A stretch of DNA of 64,000 bases from Eledone cirrhosa (lineage: Eukaryota): positions 46,693-110,692 of the forward strand of contig CAXHJY010000864.1 in NCBI GenBank assembly GCA_964016885.1. Reading direction: 5' to 3'. Each line of letters begins with the position of its first letter. Within the stretch, counting starts at the first letter, position 1. A program made the translations under genes and the position numbers. Under the pieces are notes generated by a model. That model was given only the letters and a program-made list of their open reading frames with translations, did not search any database and was not told the origin of the DNA. Below are positions 14,801 through 30,038 of this stretch, in pieces.

Positions 14801-17800
14801 CAGAAGAAAGAAACAGCCTCGGATCAAACCAAGGACAATGTTTCCATTGGTCTTTCCATTGTTGATACTATCTGCTGGTCACTACTGGCAGAAGAAAGAA
14901 ACAGCCTCGGATCAAACCAAGGACAATGTTTCCATTGGTCTTTCCATTGTTGATACTATCTGCTGGTCACTACTGGCAGAAGAAAGAAACAGCCTCGGAT
15001 CAAACCAAGGACAATGTTTCCATTGGTCTTTCCATTGTTGATACTATCTGCTGGTCACTACTGGCAGAAGAAAGAAACAGCCTCGGATCAAACCAAGGAC
15101 AATGTTTCCATTGGTCTTTCCATTGTTGATACTATCTGCTGGTCACTACTGGCAGAAGAAAGAAACAGCCTCGGATCAAACCAAGGACAATGTTTCCATT
15201 GGTCTTTCCATTGTTGATACTATCTGCTGGTCACTACTGGCAGAAGAAAGAAACAGCCTCGGATCAAACCAAGGACAATGTTTCCATTGGTCTTTCCATT
15301 GTTGATACTATCTGCTGGTCACTACTGGCAGAAGAAAGAAACAGCCTCGGATCAAACCAAGGACAATGTTTCCATTGGTCTTTCCATTGTTGATACTATC
15401 TGCTGGTCACTACTGGCAGAAGAAAGAAACAGCCTCGGATCAAACCAAGGACAATGTTTCCATTGGTCTTTCCATTGTTGATACTATCTGCTGGTCACTA
15501 CTGGCAGAAGAAAGAAACAGCCTCGGATCAAACCAAGGACAATGTTTCCATTGGTCTTTCCATTGTTGATACTATCTGCTGGTCACTACTGGCAGAAGAA
15601 AGAAACAGCCTCGGATCAAACCAAGGACAATGTTTCCATTGGTCTTTCCATTGTTGATACTATCTGCTGGTCACTACTGGCAGAAGAAAGAAACAGCCTC
15701 GGATCAAACCAAGGACAATGTTTCCATTGGTCTTTCCATTGTTGATACTATCTGCTGGTCACTACTGGCAGAAGAAAGAAACAGCCTCGGATCAAACCAA
15801 GGACAATGTTTCCATTGGTCTTTCCATTGTTGATACTATCTGCTGGTCACTACTGGCAGAAGAAAGAAACAGCCTCGGATCAAACCAAGGACAATGTTTC
15901 CATTGGTCTTTCCATTGTTGATACTATCTGCTGGTCACTACTGGCAGAAGAAAGAAACAGCCTCGGATCAAACCAAGGACAATGTTTCCATTGGTCTTTC
16001 CATTGTTGATACTATCTGCTGGTCACTACTGGCAGAAGAAAGAAACAGCCTCGGATCAAACCAAGGACAATGTTTCCATTGGTCTTTCCATTGTTGATAC
16101 TATCTGCTGGTCACTACTGGCAGAAGAAAGAAACAGCCTCGGATCAAACCAAGGACAATGTTTCCATTGGTCTTTCCATTGTTGATACTATCTGCTGGTC
16201 ACTACTGGCAGAAGAAAGAAACAGCCTCGGATCAAACCAAGGACAATGTTTCCATTGGTCTTTCCATTGTTGATACTATCTGCTGGTCACTACTGGCAGA
16301 AGAAAGAAACAGCCTCGGATCAAACCAAGGACAATGTTTCCATTGGTCTTTCCATTGTTGATACTATCTGCTGGTCACTACTGGCAGAAGAAAGAAACAG
16401 CCTCGGATCAAACCAAGGACAATGTTTCCATTGGTCTTTCCATTGTTGATACTATCTGCTGGTCACTACTGGCAGAAGAAAGAAACAGCCTCGGATCAAA
16501 CCAAGGACAATGTTTCCATTGGTCTTTCCATTGTTGATACTATCTGCTGGTCACTACTGGCAGAAGAAAGAAACAGCCTCGGATCAAACCAAGGACAATG
16601 TTTCCATTGGTCTTTCCATTGTTGATACTATCTGCTGATCACTACTGGCAGAAGAAAGAAACAGCCTCGGATCAAACCAAGGACAATGTTTCCATTGGTC
16701 TTTCCATTGTTGATACTATCTGCTGGTCACTACTGGCAGAAGAAAGAAACAGCCTCGGATCAAACCAAGGACAATGTTTCCATTGGTCTTTCCATTGTTG
16801 ATACTATCTGCTGGTCACTACTGGCAGAAGAAAGAAACAGCCTCGGATCAAACCAAGGACAATGTTTCCATTGGTCTTTCCATTGTTGATACTATCTGCT
16901 GGTCACTACTGGCAGAAGAAAGAAACAGCCTCGGATCAAACCAAGGACAATGTTTCCATTGGTCTTTCCATTGTTGATACTATCTGCTGATCACTACTGG
17001 CAGAAGAAAGAAACAGCCTCGGATCAAACCAAGGACAATGTTTCCATTGGTCTTTCCATTGTTGATACTATCTGCTGGTCACTACTGGCAGAAGAAAGAA
17101 ACAGCCTCGGATCAAACCAAGGACAATGTTTCCATTGGTCTTTCCATTGTTGATACTATCTGCTGGTCACTACTGGCAGAAGAAAGAAACAGCCTCGGAT
17201 CAAACCAAGGACACAATGTTTCCATTGGTCTTTCCATTGTTGATACTATCTGCTGGTCACTACTGGCAGAAGAAAGAAACAGCCTCGGATCAAACCAAGG
17301 ACAATGTTTCCATTGCTCTTTCCATTGTTGATACTATCTGCTGGTCACTACTGGCAGAAGAAAGAAACAGCCTCGGATCAAACCAAGGACAATGTTTCCA
17401 TTGGTCTTTCCATTGTTGATACTATCTGCTGATCACTACTGGCAGAAGAAAGAAACAGCCTCGGATCAAACCAAGGACAATGTTTCCATTGGTCTTTCCA
17501 TTGTTGATACTATCTGCTGATCACTACTGGCAGAAGAAAGAAACAGCCTCGGATCAAACCAAGGACAATGTTTCCATTGGTCTTTCCATTGTTGATACTA
17601 TCTGCTGATCACTACTGGCAGAAGAAAGAAACAGCCTCGGATCAAACCAAGGACAATGTTTCCATTGGTCTTTCCATTGTTGATACTATCTGCTGATCAC
17701 TACTGGCAGAAGAAAGAAACAGCCTCGGATCAAACCAAGGACAATGTTTCCATTGGTCTTTCCATTGTTGATACTATCTGCTGGTCACTACTGGCAGAAG

Positions 17801-20800
17801 AAAGAAACAGCCTCGGATCAAACCAAGGACACAATGTTTCCATTGGTCTTTCCATTGTTGATACTATCTGCTGGTCACTACTGGCAGAAGAAAGAAACAG
17901 CCTCGGATCAAACCAAGGACAATGTTTCCATTGGTCTTTCCATTGTTGATACTATCTGCTGGTCACTACTGGCAGAAGAAAGAAACAGCCTCGGATCAAA
18001 CCAAGGACACAATGTTTCCATTGGTCTTTCCATTGCTGATACTATCTGCTGGTCACTACTGGCAGAAGAAAGAAACAGCCTCGGATCAAACCAAGGACAA
18101 TGTTTCCATTGGTCTTTCCATTGTTGATACTATCTGCTGGTCACTACTGGCAGAAGAAAGAAACAGCCTCGGATCAAACCAAGGACACAATGTTTCCATT
18201 GGTCTTTCCATTGTTGATACTATCTGCTGGTCACTACTGGCAGAAGAAAGAAACAGCCTCGGATCAAACCAAGGACAATGTTTCCATTGGTCTTTCCATT
18301 GTTGATACTATCTGCTGGTCACTACTGGCAGAAGAAAGAAACAGCCTCGGATCAAACCAAGGACACAATGTTTCCATTGGTCTTTCCATTGCTGATACTA
18401 TCTGCTGGTCACTACTGGCAGAAGAAAGAAACAGCCTCGGATCAAACCAAGGACAATGTTTCCATTGGTCTTTCCATTGTTGATACTATCTGCTGGTCAC
18501 TACTGGCAGAAGAAAGAAACAGCCTCGGATCAAACCAAGGACACAATGTTTCCATTGGTCTTTCCATTGTTGATACTATCTGCTGGTCACTACTGGCAGA
18601 AGAAAGAAACAGCCTCGGATCAAACCAAGGACACAATGTTTCCATTGGTCTTTCCATTGTTGATACTATCTGCTGGTCACTACTGGCAGAAGAAAGAAAC
18701 AGCCTCGGATCAAACCAAGGACACAATGTTTCCATTGGTCTTTCCATTGTTGATACTATCTGCTGGTCACTACTGGCAGAAGAAAGAAACATCCTCGGAT
18801 CAAATCAAGGACACAATGTTTACATTGGTCTTTCCATTGTTGATACTATCTGCTGGTCACTACTGGCAGAAGAAAGAAACAGCATCGGATCAAATCAAGG
18901 ACACAATGTTTCCATTGGTCTTTCCATTGTTGATACTATCTGCTGGTCACTACTGGTAGAAGAAAGAAACAGCCTCGGATCAAACCAAGGACAATGTTTC
19001 CATTGGTCTTTCCATTGTTGATACTATCTGCTGGTCACTACTGGCAGAAGAAAGAAACAGCCTCGGATCAAACCAAGGACACAATGTTTCCATTGGTCTT
19101 TCCATTGTTGATACTATCTGCTGGTCACTACTGGCAGAAGAAAGAAACAGCCTCGGATCAAACCAAGGACACAATGTTTCCATTGGTCTTTCCATTGTTG
19201 ATACTTTCTGCTGGTCACTACTGGCAGAAGAAAGAAACAGCCTCGGATCAAACCAAGGACACAATGTTTCCATTGGTCTTTCCATTGTTGATACTATCTG
19301 CTGGTCACTACTGGCAGAAGAAAGAAACATCCTCGGATCAAATCAAGGACACAATGTTTACATTGGTCTTTCCATTGTTGATACTATCTGCTGGTCACTA
19401 CTGGCAGAAGAAAGAAACAGCATCGGATCAAATCAAGGACACAATGTTTCCATTGGTCTTTCCATTGTTGATACTATCTGCTGGTCACTACTGGTAGAAG
19501 AAAGAAACAGCCTCGGATCAAACCAAGGACAATGTTTCCATTGGTCTTTCCATTGTTGATACTATCTGCTGGTCACTACTGGCAGAAGAAAGAAACAGCC
19601 TCGGATCAAACCAAGGACACAATGTTTCCATTGGTCTTTCCATTGTTGATACTATCTGCTGGTCACTACTGGCAGAAGAAAGAAACAGCCTCGGATCAAA
19701 CCAAGGACACAATGTTTCCATTGGTCTTTCCATTGTTGATACTATCTGCTGGTCACTACTGGCAGAAGAAAGAAACAGCCTCGGATCAAACCAAGGACAC
19801 AATGTTTCCATTGGTCTTTCCATTGTTGATACTATCTGCTGGTCACTACTGGCAGAAGAAAGAAACATCCTCGGATCAAATCAAGGACACAATGTTTACA
19901 TTGGTCTTTCCATTGTTGATACTATCTGCTGGTCACTACTGGCAGAAGAAAGAAACAGCATCGGATCAAATCAAGGACACAATGTTTCCATTGGTCTTTC
20001 CATTGTTGATACTATCTGCTGGTCACTACTGGCAGAAGAAAGAAACAGCCTCGGATCAAACCAAGGACACAATGTTTACATTGGTCTTTCCATTGTTGAT
20101 ACTATCTGCTGGTCACTACTGGCAGAAGAAAGAAACAGCCTCGGATCAAACAAAGGACACAATGTTTCCATTGGTCTTTCCATTGTTGATACTATCTGCT
20201 GGTCACTACTGGCAGAAGAAAGAAACATCCTCGGATCAAATCAAGGACACAATGTTTCCATTGGTCTTTCCATTGTTGATACTATCTGCTGGTCACTACT
20301 GGCAGAAGAAAGAAACATCCTCGGATCAAATCAAGGACACAATGTTTACATTGGTCTTTCCATTGTTGATACTATCTGCTGGTCACTACTGGCAGAAGAA
20401 AGAAACAGCCTCGGATCAAACCAAGGACACAATGTTTACATTGGTCTTTCCATTGTTGATACTATCTGCTGGTCACTACTGGCAGAAGAAAGAAACAGCC
20501 TCGGATCAAACAAAGGACAATGTTTTCATTGGTCTTTCCATTGTTGATACTATCTGCTGATCACTACTGGCAGAAGAAAGAAACAGCCTCGGATCAAACC
20601 AAGGACAATGTTTCCATTGGTCTTTCCATTGTTGATACTATCTGCTGGTCACTACTGGCAGAAGAAAGAAACATCCTCGGATCAAATCAAGGACACAATG
20701 TTTCCATTGATCTTTCCATTGTTGATACTATCTGCTGAGCACTACTGGCAGAAGAAAGAAACAGCCTCGGATCAAACAAAGGACAATGTTTTCATTGGTC

Positions 20801-23800
20801 TTTCCATTGTTGATACTATCTGCTGATCACTACTGGCAGAAGAAAGAAACAGCCTCGGATCAAACCAAGGACAATGTTTCCATTGGTCTTTCCATTGTTG
20901 ATACTATCTGCTGATCACTACTGGCAGAAGAAAGAAACAGCCTCGGATCAAACCAAGGACAATGTTTCCATTGGTCTTTCCATTGTTGATACTATCTGCT
21001 GGTCACTACTGGCAGAAGAAAGAATCATCCTCGGATCTAATCAAGGACACAATGTTTACATTGGTCTTTCCATTGTTGATACTATCTGCTGGTCACTACT
21101 GGCAGAAGAAAGAAACAGCATCGGATCAAATCAAGGACACAATGTTTCCATTGGTCTTTCCATTGTTGATACTATCTGCTGGTCACTACTGGCAGAAGAA
21201 AGAAACAGCCTCGGATCAAACCAAGGACACAATGTTTCCATTGGTCTTTCCATTGTTGATACTATCTGCTGGTCACAACTGGCAGAAGAAAGAAACATCC
21301 TCGGATCAAATCAAGGACACAATGTTTCCATTGGTCTTTCCATTGTTGATACTATCTGCTGGTCACTACTGGCAGAAGAAAGAAACATCCTCGGATCAAA
21401 TCAAGGACACAATGTTTACATTGGTCTTTCCATTGTTGATACTATCTGCTGGTCACTACTGGCAGAAGAAAGAAACAGCCTCGGATCAAACCAAGGACAC
21501 AATGTTTACATTGGTCTTTCCATTGTTGATACTATCTGCTGGTCACTACTGGCAGAAGAAAGAAACAGCCTCGGATCAAATCAAGGACACAATGTTTCCA
21601 TTGGTCTTTCCATTGTTGATACTATCTGCTGGTCACTACTGGCAGAAGAAAGAAACAGCCTCGGATCAAACCAAGGACACAATGTTTACATTGGTCTTTC
21701 CATTGCTGATACTATCTGCTGGTCACTACTGGCAGAAGAAAGAAACAGCCTCGGATCAAACCAAGGACAATGTTTCCATTGGTCTTTCCATTGCTGATAC
21801 TATCTGCTGGTCACTACTGGCAGAAGAAAGAAACAGCCTCGGATCAAACCAAGGACAATGTTTCCATTGGTCTTTCCATTGTTGATACTATCTGCTGATC
21901 ACTACTGGCAGAAGAAAGAAACAGCCTCGGATCAAACCAAGGACAATGTTTCCATTGGTCTTTCCATTGCTGATACTATCTGCTGGTCACTACTGGCAGA
22001 AGAAAGAAACATCCTCGGATCAAATCAAGGACACAATGTTTCCATTGGTCTTTCCATTGTTGATACTATCTGCTGGTCACTACTGGCAGAAGAAAGAAAC
22101 ATCCTCGGATCAAATCAAGGACACAATGTTTCCATTGGTCTTTCCATTGTTGATACTATCTGCTGAGCACTACTGGCAGAAGAAAGAAACAGCCTCGGAT
22201 CAAACAAAGGACAATGTTTTCATTGGTCTTTCCATTGTTGATACTATCTGCTGATCACTACTGGCAGAAGAAAGAAACAGCCTCGGATCAAACCAAGGAC
22301 AATGTTTCCATTGGTCTTTCCATTGTTGATACTATCTGCTGATCACTACTGGCAGAAGAAAGAAACAGCCTCGGATCAAACCAAGGACAATGTTTCCATT
22401 GGTCTTTCCATTGTTGATACTATCTGCTGGTCACTACTGGCAGAAGAAAGAAACAGCCTCGGATCAAACCAAGGACACAATGTTTCGATTGGTCTTTCCA
22501 TTGTTGATACTATCTGCTGAGCACTACTGGCAGAAGAAAGAAACAGCCTCGGATCAAACCAAGGACACAATGTTTCCATTGGTCTTTCCATTGTTGATAC
22601 TATCTGCTGGTCACTACTGGCAGAAGAAAGAAACATCCTCGGATCAAACCAAGGACACAATGTTTTCATTGGTCTTTCCATTGTTGATACTATCTGCTGG
22701 TCACTACTGGCAGAAGAAAGAAACAGCCTCGGATCAAATCAAGGACACAATGTTTCCATTGGTCTTTCCATTGTTGATTCTATCTGCTGGTCACTACTGG
22801 CAGAAGAAAGAAACATCCTTGGATCAAACCAAGAACACAATGTTTTCATTGGTCTTTCCATTGTTGATACTATCTGCTGGTCACTACTGGCAGAAGAAAG
22901 AAACAGCCTCGGATCAAACCAAGGACAATGTTTTCATTGGTCTTTCCATTGTTGATACTATCTGCTGATCACTACTGGCAGAAGAAAGAAACAGCCTCGG
23001 ATCTAACCAAGGACAATGTTTCCATTGGTCTTTCCATTGTTGATACTATCTGCTGATCACTACTGGCAGAAGAAAGAAACAGCCTCGGATTAAACCAAGG
23101 ACACAATGTTTTCATTGGTCTTTCCATTGTTGATACTATCTGCTGGTCACTACTGGCAGAAGAAAGAAACAGCCTCGGATCAAACCAAGGACACAATGTT
23201 TTCATTGGTCTTTCCATTGTTGATACTATCTGCTGAGCACTATTGGCAGAAGAAAGAAACATCCTCAGATCAAACCAAGGACAATGTTTCCATTGGTCTT
23301 TCCATTGTTGATACTATCTGCTGATCACTACTGGCAGAAGAAAGAAACAGCCTCGGATCAAACCAAGGACACAATGTTTTCATTGGTCTTTCCATTGTTG
23401 ATACTATCTGCTGAGCACTATTGGCAGAAGAAAGAAACTTCCTCGGATCAAACCAAGGACACAATGTTTCCATTGGTCTTTCCATTGTTGATACTATCTG
23501 CTGGTCACTACTGGCAGAAGAAAGAAACTTCCTCGGATCAAACCAAGGACACAATGTTTCCATTGGTCTTTCCATTGTTGATACTATCTGCTGAGCACTA
23601 TTGGCAGAAGAAAGAAACATCCTCGGATCAAACCAAGGACAATGTTTTCATTGGTCTTTCCATTGTTGATACTATCTGCTGGTCACTACTGGCAGAAGAA
23701 AGAAACATCCTCGGATCAAATCAAGGACACAATGTTTCCATTGGTCTTTCCATTGTTGATACTATCTGCTGGTCACTACTGGCAGAAGAAAGAAACATCC

Positions 23801-26800
23801 TCGGATCAAATCAAGGACACAATGTTTCCATTGGTCTTTCCATTGTTGATACTATCTGCTGAGCACTACTGGCAGAAGAAAGAAACAGCCTCGGATCAAA
23901 CAAAGGACAATGTTTTCATTGGTCTTTCCATTGTTGATACTATCTGCTGATCACTACTGGCAGAAGAAAGAAACAGCCTCGGATCAAACCAAGGACAATG
24001 TTTCCATTGGTCTTTCCATTGTTGATACTATCTGCTGGTCACTACTGGCAGAAGAAAGAAACAGCCTCGGATCAAACCAAGGACAATGTTTCCATTGGTC
24101 TTTCCATTGTTGATACTATCTGCTGATCACTACTGGCAGAAGAAAGAAACAGCCTCGGATCAAACCAAGGACACAATGTTTTCATTGGTCTTTCCATTGT
24201 TGATACTATCTGCTGAGCACTATTGGCAGAAGAAAGAAACTTCCTCGGATCAAACCAAGGACACAATGTTTCCATTGGTCTTTCCATTGTTGATACTATC
24301 TGCTGGTCACTACTGGCAGAAGAAAGAAACTTCCTCGGATCAAACCAAGGACACAATGTTTCCATTGGTCTTTCCATTGTTGATACTATCTGCTGAGCAC
24401 TATTGGCAGAAGAAAGAAACATCCTCGGATCAAACCAAGGACAATGTTTTCATTGGTCTTTCCATTGTTGATACTATCTGCTGGTCACTACTGGCAGAAG
24501 AAAGAAACATCCTCGGATCAAATCAAGGACACAATGTTTCCATTGGTCTTTCCATTGTTGATACTATCTGCTGGTCACTACTGGCAGAAGAAAGAAACAT
24601 CCTCGGATCAAATCAAGGACACAATGTTTCCATTGGTCTTTCCATTGTTGATACTATCTGCTGAGCACTACTGGCAGAAGAAAGAAACAGCCTCGGATCA
24701 AACAAAGGACAATGTTTTCATTGGTCTTTCCATTGTTGATACTATCTGCTGATCACTACTGGCAGAAGAAAGAAACAGCCTCGGATCAAACCAAGGACAA
24801 TGTTTCCATTGGTCTTTCTATTGTTGATACTATCTGCTGATCACTACTGGCAGAAGAAAGAAACAGCCTCGGATCAAACCAAGGACAATGTTTCCATTGG
24901 TCTTTCCATTGTTGATACTATCTGCTGGTCACTACTGGCAGAAGAAAGAAACATCCTCGGATCAAACCAAGGACACAATGTTTCCATTGGTCTTTCCATT
25001 ATTGATACTATCTGCTGGTCACTACTGGCAGAAGAAAAACATCCTCGGATCAAACCAAGGACACAATGTTTTCATTGGTCTTTCCATTGTTGATACTATC
25101 TGCTGGTCACTACTGGCAGAAGAAAGAAACAGCCTCGGATCAAACCAAGGACACAATGTTTCCATTGGTCTTTCCATTGTTGATACTATCTGCTGAGCAC
25201 TACTGGCAGAAGAAAGAAACAGCCTCGGATCAAACCAAGGACACAATGTTTCCATTGGTCTTTCCATTGTTGATACTATCTGCTGGTCACTACTGGCAGA
25301 AGAAAGAAACAGCCTCGGATCAAACCAAGGACACAATGTTTCCATTGGTCTTTCCATTGTTGATACTATCTGCTGGTCACTACTGGCAGAAGAAAGAAAC
25401 AGCCTCGGATCAAACCAAGGACACAATGTTTCCATTGGTCTTTCCATTGTTGATACTATCTGCTGGTCACTACTGGCAGAAGAAAGAAACATCCTCGGAT
25501 CAAATCAAGGACACAATGTTTACATTGGTCTTTCCATTGTTGATACTATCTGCTGGTCACTACTGGCAGAAGAAAGAAACAGCATCGGATCAAATCAAGG
25601 ACACAATGTTTCCATTGGTCTTTCCATTGTTGATACTATCTGCTGGTCACTACTGGCAGAAGAAAGAAACATCCTCGGATCAAATCAAGGACACAATGTT
25701 TACATTGGTCTTTCCATTGTTGATACTATCTGCTGGTCACTACTGGCAGAAGAAAGAAACAGCCTCGGATCAAATCAAGGACACAATGTTTCCATTGGTC
25801 TTTCCATTGTTGATACTATCTGCTGGTCACTACTGGCAGAAGAAAGAAACAGTCTCGGATCAAACCAAGGACACAATGTTTCCATTGGTCTTTCCATTGT
25901 TGATACTATCTGCTGGTCACTACTGGCAGAAGAAAGAAACAGCCTCGGATCAAACCAAGGACACAATGTTTCCATTGGTCTTTCCATTGTTGATACTATC
26001 TGCTGGTCACTACTGGCAGAAGAAAGAAACATCCTCGGATCAAACCAAGGACACAATGTTTTCATTGGTCTTTCCATTGTTGATACTATCTGCTGGTCAC
26101 TACTGGCAGAAGAAAGAAACAGCCTCGGATCAAACCAAGGACACAATGTTTCCATTGGTCTTTCCATTGCTGATACTATCTGCTGGTCACTACTGGCAGA
26201 AGAAAGAAACATCCTCGGATCAAACCAAGGACACAATGTTTTCATTGGTCTTTCCATTGTTGATACTATCTGCTGGTCACTACTGGCAGAAGAAAGAAAC
26301 ATCCTCGGATCAAATCAAGGACACAATGTTTCCATTGGTCTTTCCATTGTTGATACTATCTGCTGGTCACTACTGGCAGAAGAAAGAAACATCCTCGGAT
26401 CAAATCAAGGACACAATGTTTCCATTGGTCTTTCCATTGTTGATACTATCTGCTGAGCACTACTGGCAGAAGAAAGAAACAGCCTCGGATCAAACAAAGG
26501 ACAATGTTTTCATTGGTCTTTCCATTGTTGATACTATCTGCTGATCACTACTGGCAGAAGAAAGAAACAGCCTCGGATCAAACCAAGGACACAATGTTTC
26601 CATTGGTCTTTCCATTGTTGATACTATCTGCTGGTCACTACTGGCAGAAGAAAGAAACAGCCTCGGATCAAACCAAGGACACAATGTTTCCATTGGTCTT
26701 TCCATTGTTGATACTATCTGCTGGTCACTACTGGCAGAAGAAAGAAACAGCCTCGGATCAAACCAAGGACACAATGTTTCCATTGTTGATACTATCTGCT

Positions 26801-28365
26801 GGTCACTACTGGCAGAAGAAAGAAACATCCTCGGATCAAACCAAGGACACAATGTTTCCATTGGTCTTTCCATTGTTGATACTATCTGCTGGTCACTACT
26901 GGCAGAAGAAAGAAACATCCTCGGATCAAACCAAGGACACAATGTTTCCATTGGTCTTTCCATTGTTGATACTATCTGCTGGTCACTACTGGCAGAAGAA
27001 AGAAACATCCTCGGATCAAATCAAGGACACAATGTTTCCATTGGTCTTTCCATTGTTGATACTATCTGCTGATCACTACTGGCAGAAGAAAGAAACATCC
27101 TCGGATCAAATCAAGGACACAATGTTTCCATTGGTCTTTCCATTGTTGATACTATCTGCTGATCACTACTGGCAGAAGAAAGAAACATCCTCGGATCAAA
27201 TCAAGGACACAATGTTTCCATTGGTCTTTCCATTGTTGATACTATCTGCTGATCACTACTGGCAGAAGAAAGAAACATCCTCGGATCAAATCAAGGATAC
27301 AATGTTTCCATTGGTCTTTCCATTGTTGATACTATCTGCTGATCACTACTGGCAGAAGAAAGAAACATCCTCGGATCAAACCAAGGACACAATGTTTCCA
27401 TTGGTCTTTCCATTGTTGATACTATCTGCTGATCACTACTGGCAGAAGAAAGAAACATCCTCGGATCAAACCAAGGACACAATGTTTCCATTGGTCTTTC
27501 CATTGTTGATACTATCTGCTGATAACTACTGGCAGAAGAAAGAAACGTCCTCAGATCAAATCAAGGACACAATGTTTCCATTGGTCTTTCCATTGTTGAT
27601 ACTATCTGCTGGACACTACTGGCAGAAGAAAGAAACATCCTCGGATCAAACCAAGGACACAATGTTTCCATTGGTCTTTCCATTGTTGATACTATCTGCT
27701 GATCACTACTGGCAGAAGAAAGAAACATCCTCGGATCAAATCAAGGACACAATGTTTCCATTGGTCTTTCCATTGTTGATACTATCTGCTGATCACTACT
27801 GGCAGAAGAAAGAAACATCCTCGGATCAAATCAAGGACACAATGTTTCCATTGGTCTTTCCATTGTTGATACTATCTGCTGATCACTACTGGCAGAAGAA
27901 AGAAACATCCTCGGATCAAACCAAGGACACAATGTTTCCATTGGTCTTTCCATTGTTGATACTATCTGCTGATAACTACTGGCAGAAGAAAGAAACATCC
28001 TCGGATCAAACCAAGGACACAATGTTTCCATTGGTCTTTCCATTGTTGATACTATCTGCTGATAACTACTGGCAGAAGAAAGAAACAGCCTCGGATCAAA
28101 TCAAGGACACAATGTTTCCATTGGTCTTTCCATTGTTGATACTACCTGCTGATCACAACTACTGGCAGAAGTAAACAGCATATCCTTGGTTCACACTAAG
28201 GGCTCAATGTTTCCATTGGTCTTTCTATTGCGGATACTATCTGTTGGTTACAACTACTGACAGAAAAAAGAAACTTAACCTCGGATCAGATCAAGGAATC
28301 AATGTTTCCATTGGTCATTCTATTGCTGATGCTATCTGTTAATCACAACTCCTGGCAGAAGAAAG
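11850..28365. repeat. Satellite DNA array, 88/90-bp monomer, roughly 185 copies
   Basis: Monomer aggac(ac)aatgtttccattggtctttccattgttgatactatctgctggtcactactggcagaagaaagaaacagcctcggatcaaacca. The ORF track repeats every 88 or 90 bp; monomers are diverged at both edges. Confidence 0.99.
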
Positions 28366-28464
28366 AGAGATCTGAACTCAGAACGCATTGAGCCGTATAG
28401 AGATATCGCAAAGAACCCCGCTCGACTCTTTAACAATTGCGCCATAACCCCACGCTTCAAGGAT

Positions 28465-28605
28465 TCGACTGGTACTTGATTTATTGACCCTAAAACAATG
28501 AAAAGTAAAATTGACCTCGGTAGGATTTGAACTCAGACCACAGAGTCATAACAAATATCGTGGCATTTGATCCGACGACCTAATGATTCGACCAATTCGT
28601 TCTCC
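28465..28605 (-). mobile_element. tRNA-derived SINE (cephalopod-type family), diverged
   Basis: actggtacttgatttattgaccc...aaaagtaaaattgacctcggtaggatttgaactcag is the reverse complement of the SINE core at 38900-38970. A second partial head lies at 28371-28445. Confidence 0.75.
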
Positions 28606-29122
28606 ACTTATAGCACACAAATATAGACACTCGCACAGACACGTGTATATAAATGTGTGTGTGTGTGTGCGTGTTGTCACGTTGCACACACATTCTCATC
28701 TAAAGCCAACAACTTCATACTTTCGGACGCACACCTACAGTAACATTCACACACGCAAATACAGACACATACATACTTACCGAAACACGTGTACAGACAT
28801 ACAGAAACATGCACACGCTCATACACGTACAGGAATATAGAAAGCCACACACACGTACAATCACATACAAACACACACACAGAGTCTCAGCACTGTGATG
28901 TGTCTATGATCCATACAAACACCAACACACACAGAGAGAAAAACACACACAAATAAATACATACTAACACACAAACATACACACACACAAACACCCACAA
29001 AGACACACACACGCATACAGTTACACCTCTGTGTATGTGTTTATGTCTATGATCCTATATGCTGTGATGCGAGATCTCATCCGAGTGAGGCGATCTATCG
29101 TGAAATATCAGTGATATTTGTT

Positions 29123-29139
29123 CACCGCCAGAGGGCAGG
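29123..29139 (+). promoter_or_regulatory. CTCF-like motif
   Basis: ccgccagagggcag matches the CTCF core CC(A/G)SYAGRKGGCR within a GC-richer unique island. Confidence 0.45.
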
Positions 29140-29926
29140 GGCGTGCTGTTCGTTACAGCTAATAGTCACGCTTGAGTTGTAATCACTGACTCGTGTCGGG
29201 CGTTGAGCCACTGTTAAATGTCAAGTGTTTCTTCGCGCCTATTTCCCTGCTCTAAGATGTGGCATCAGTCAGTCGGTCTGTCTGCCTGTATGTATGTGTC
29301 TGTGTGTGTGTGTGTGATTGTGTGTGCCTGTGTGTGATTGTGTGTGCCTGTGTGTGTGTGATTGTGTGTGTGATTGTGTATGTGTGTATGATTATGTGTG
29401 TGATTGTGTGTGGGTCTTGCGTGTGGGTCTTTCTGAGTGTATCTCTTTCTGTCAGTGTGTGTGTATGTTTGTCTCTATGTGTGTGTGTGTATGTGTGTGT
29501 GATTGTGTGATTCTGTGTGTGTGTGGTGTGTGTGTGTGTGTGGTGTGTGATTGTGTGTGTGTGTCTGTGTGTGTGTCTGTGTGTGTGTCTGTGTGTGTGA
29601 TTTCGTGTGTGTGTGTGTCTTGCGTGTGGGTCTTTCTGAGTGTGTGTGTTTGTCTATGTGTCTGTCTGTGTGTGTGTCTGTGTGTGTGATTGTGTGTGTG
29701 ACTTGCGTGTGGGTCTTTCTGAGTGTATGTCTTTCTGTCAGTCAGTGTGTGCGTATGTTTGTCTATGTGTGTGTGTGACTGTGTCTGTGTGTGTGTGTGA
29801 CTGTGTCTGTGTGTGACTGTGTGTGACTGTGTGCGTCTGTATATCTTTCTAAGTGTACCTCTTTGTCAGTTAGTGTGTGTGTATATTTGTATGCGTCTGT
29901 GTGTGTGTGACTGTGATTGTGTGTGC

Positions 29927-29962
<36 letters not shown>

Positions 29963-29982
29963 TTGTGTGTGTGTGTGTGTGT

Positions 29983-30038
<56 letters not shown>

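Noticed and set aside
13740-17150. Hammerhead ribozyme within the 88/90-bp monomer
   Set aside because: GAAAC-att-GTC occurs on the minus strand but without CUGANGA; the plus-strand CTGATCA variant lacks G8 and the required stems.
11850-28365. CRISPR array
   Set aside because: Head-to-tail monomers with no unique spacers, no cas genes and a eukaryotic context.
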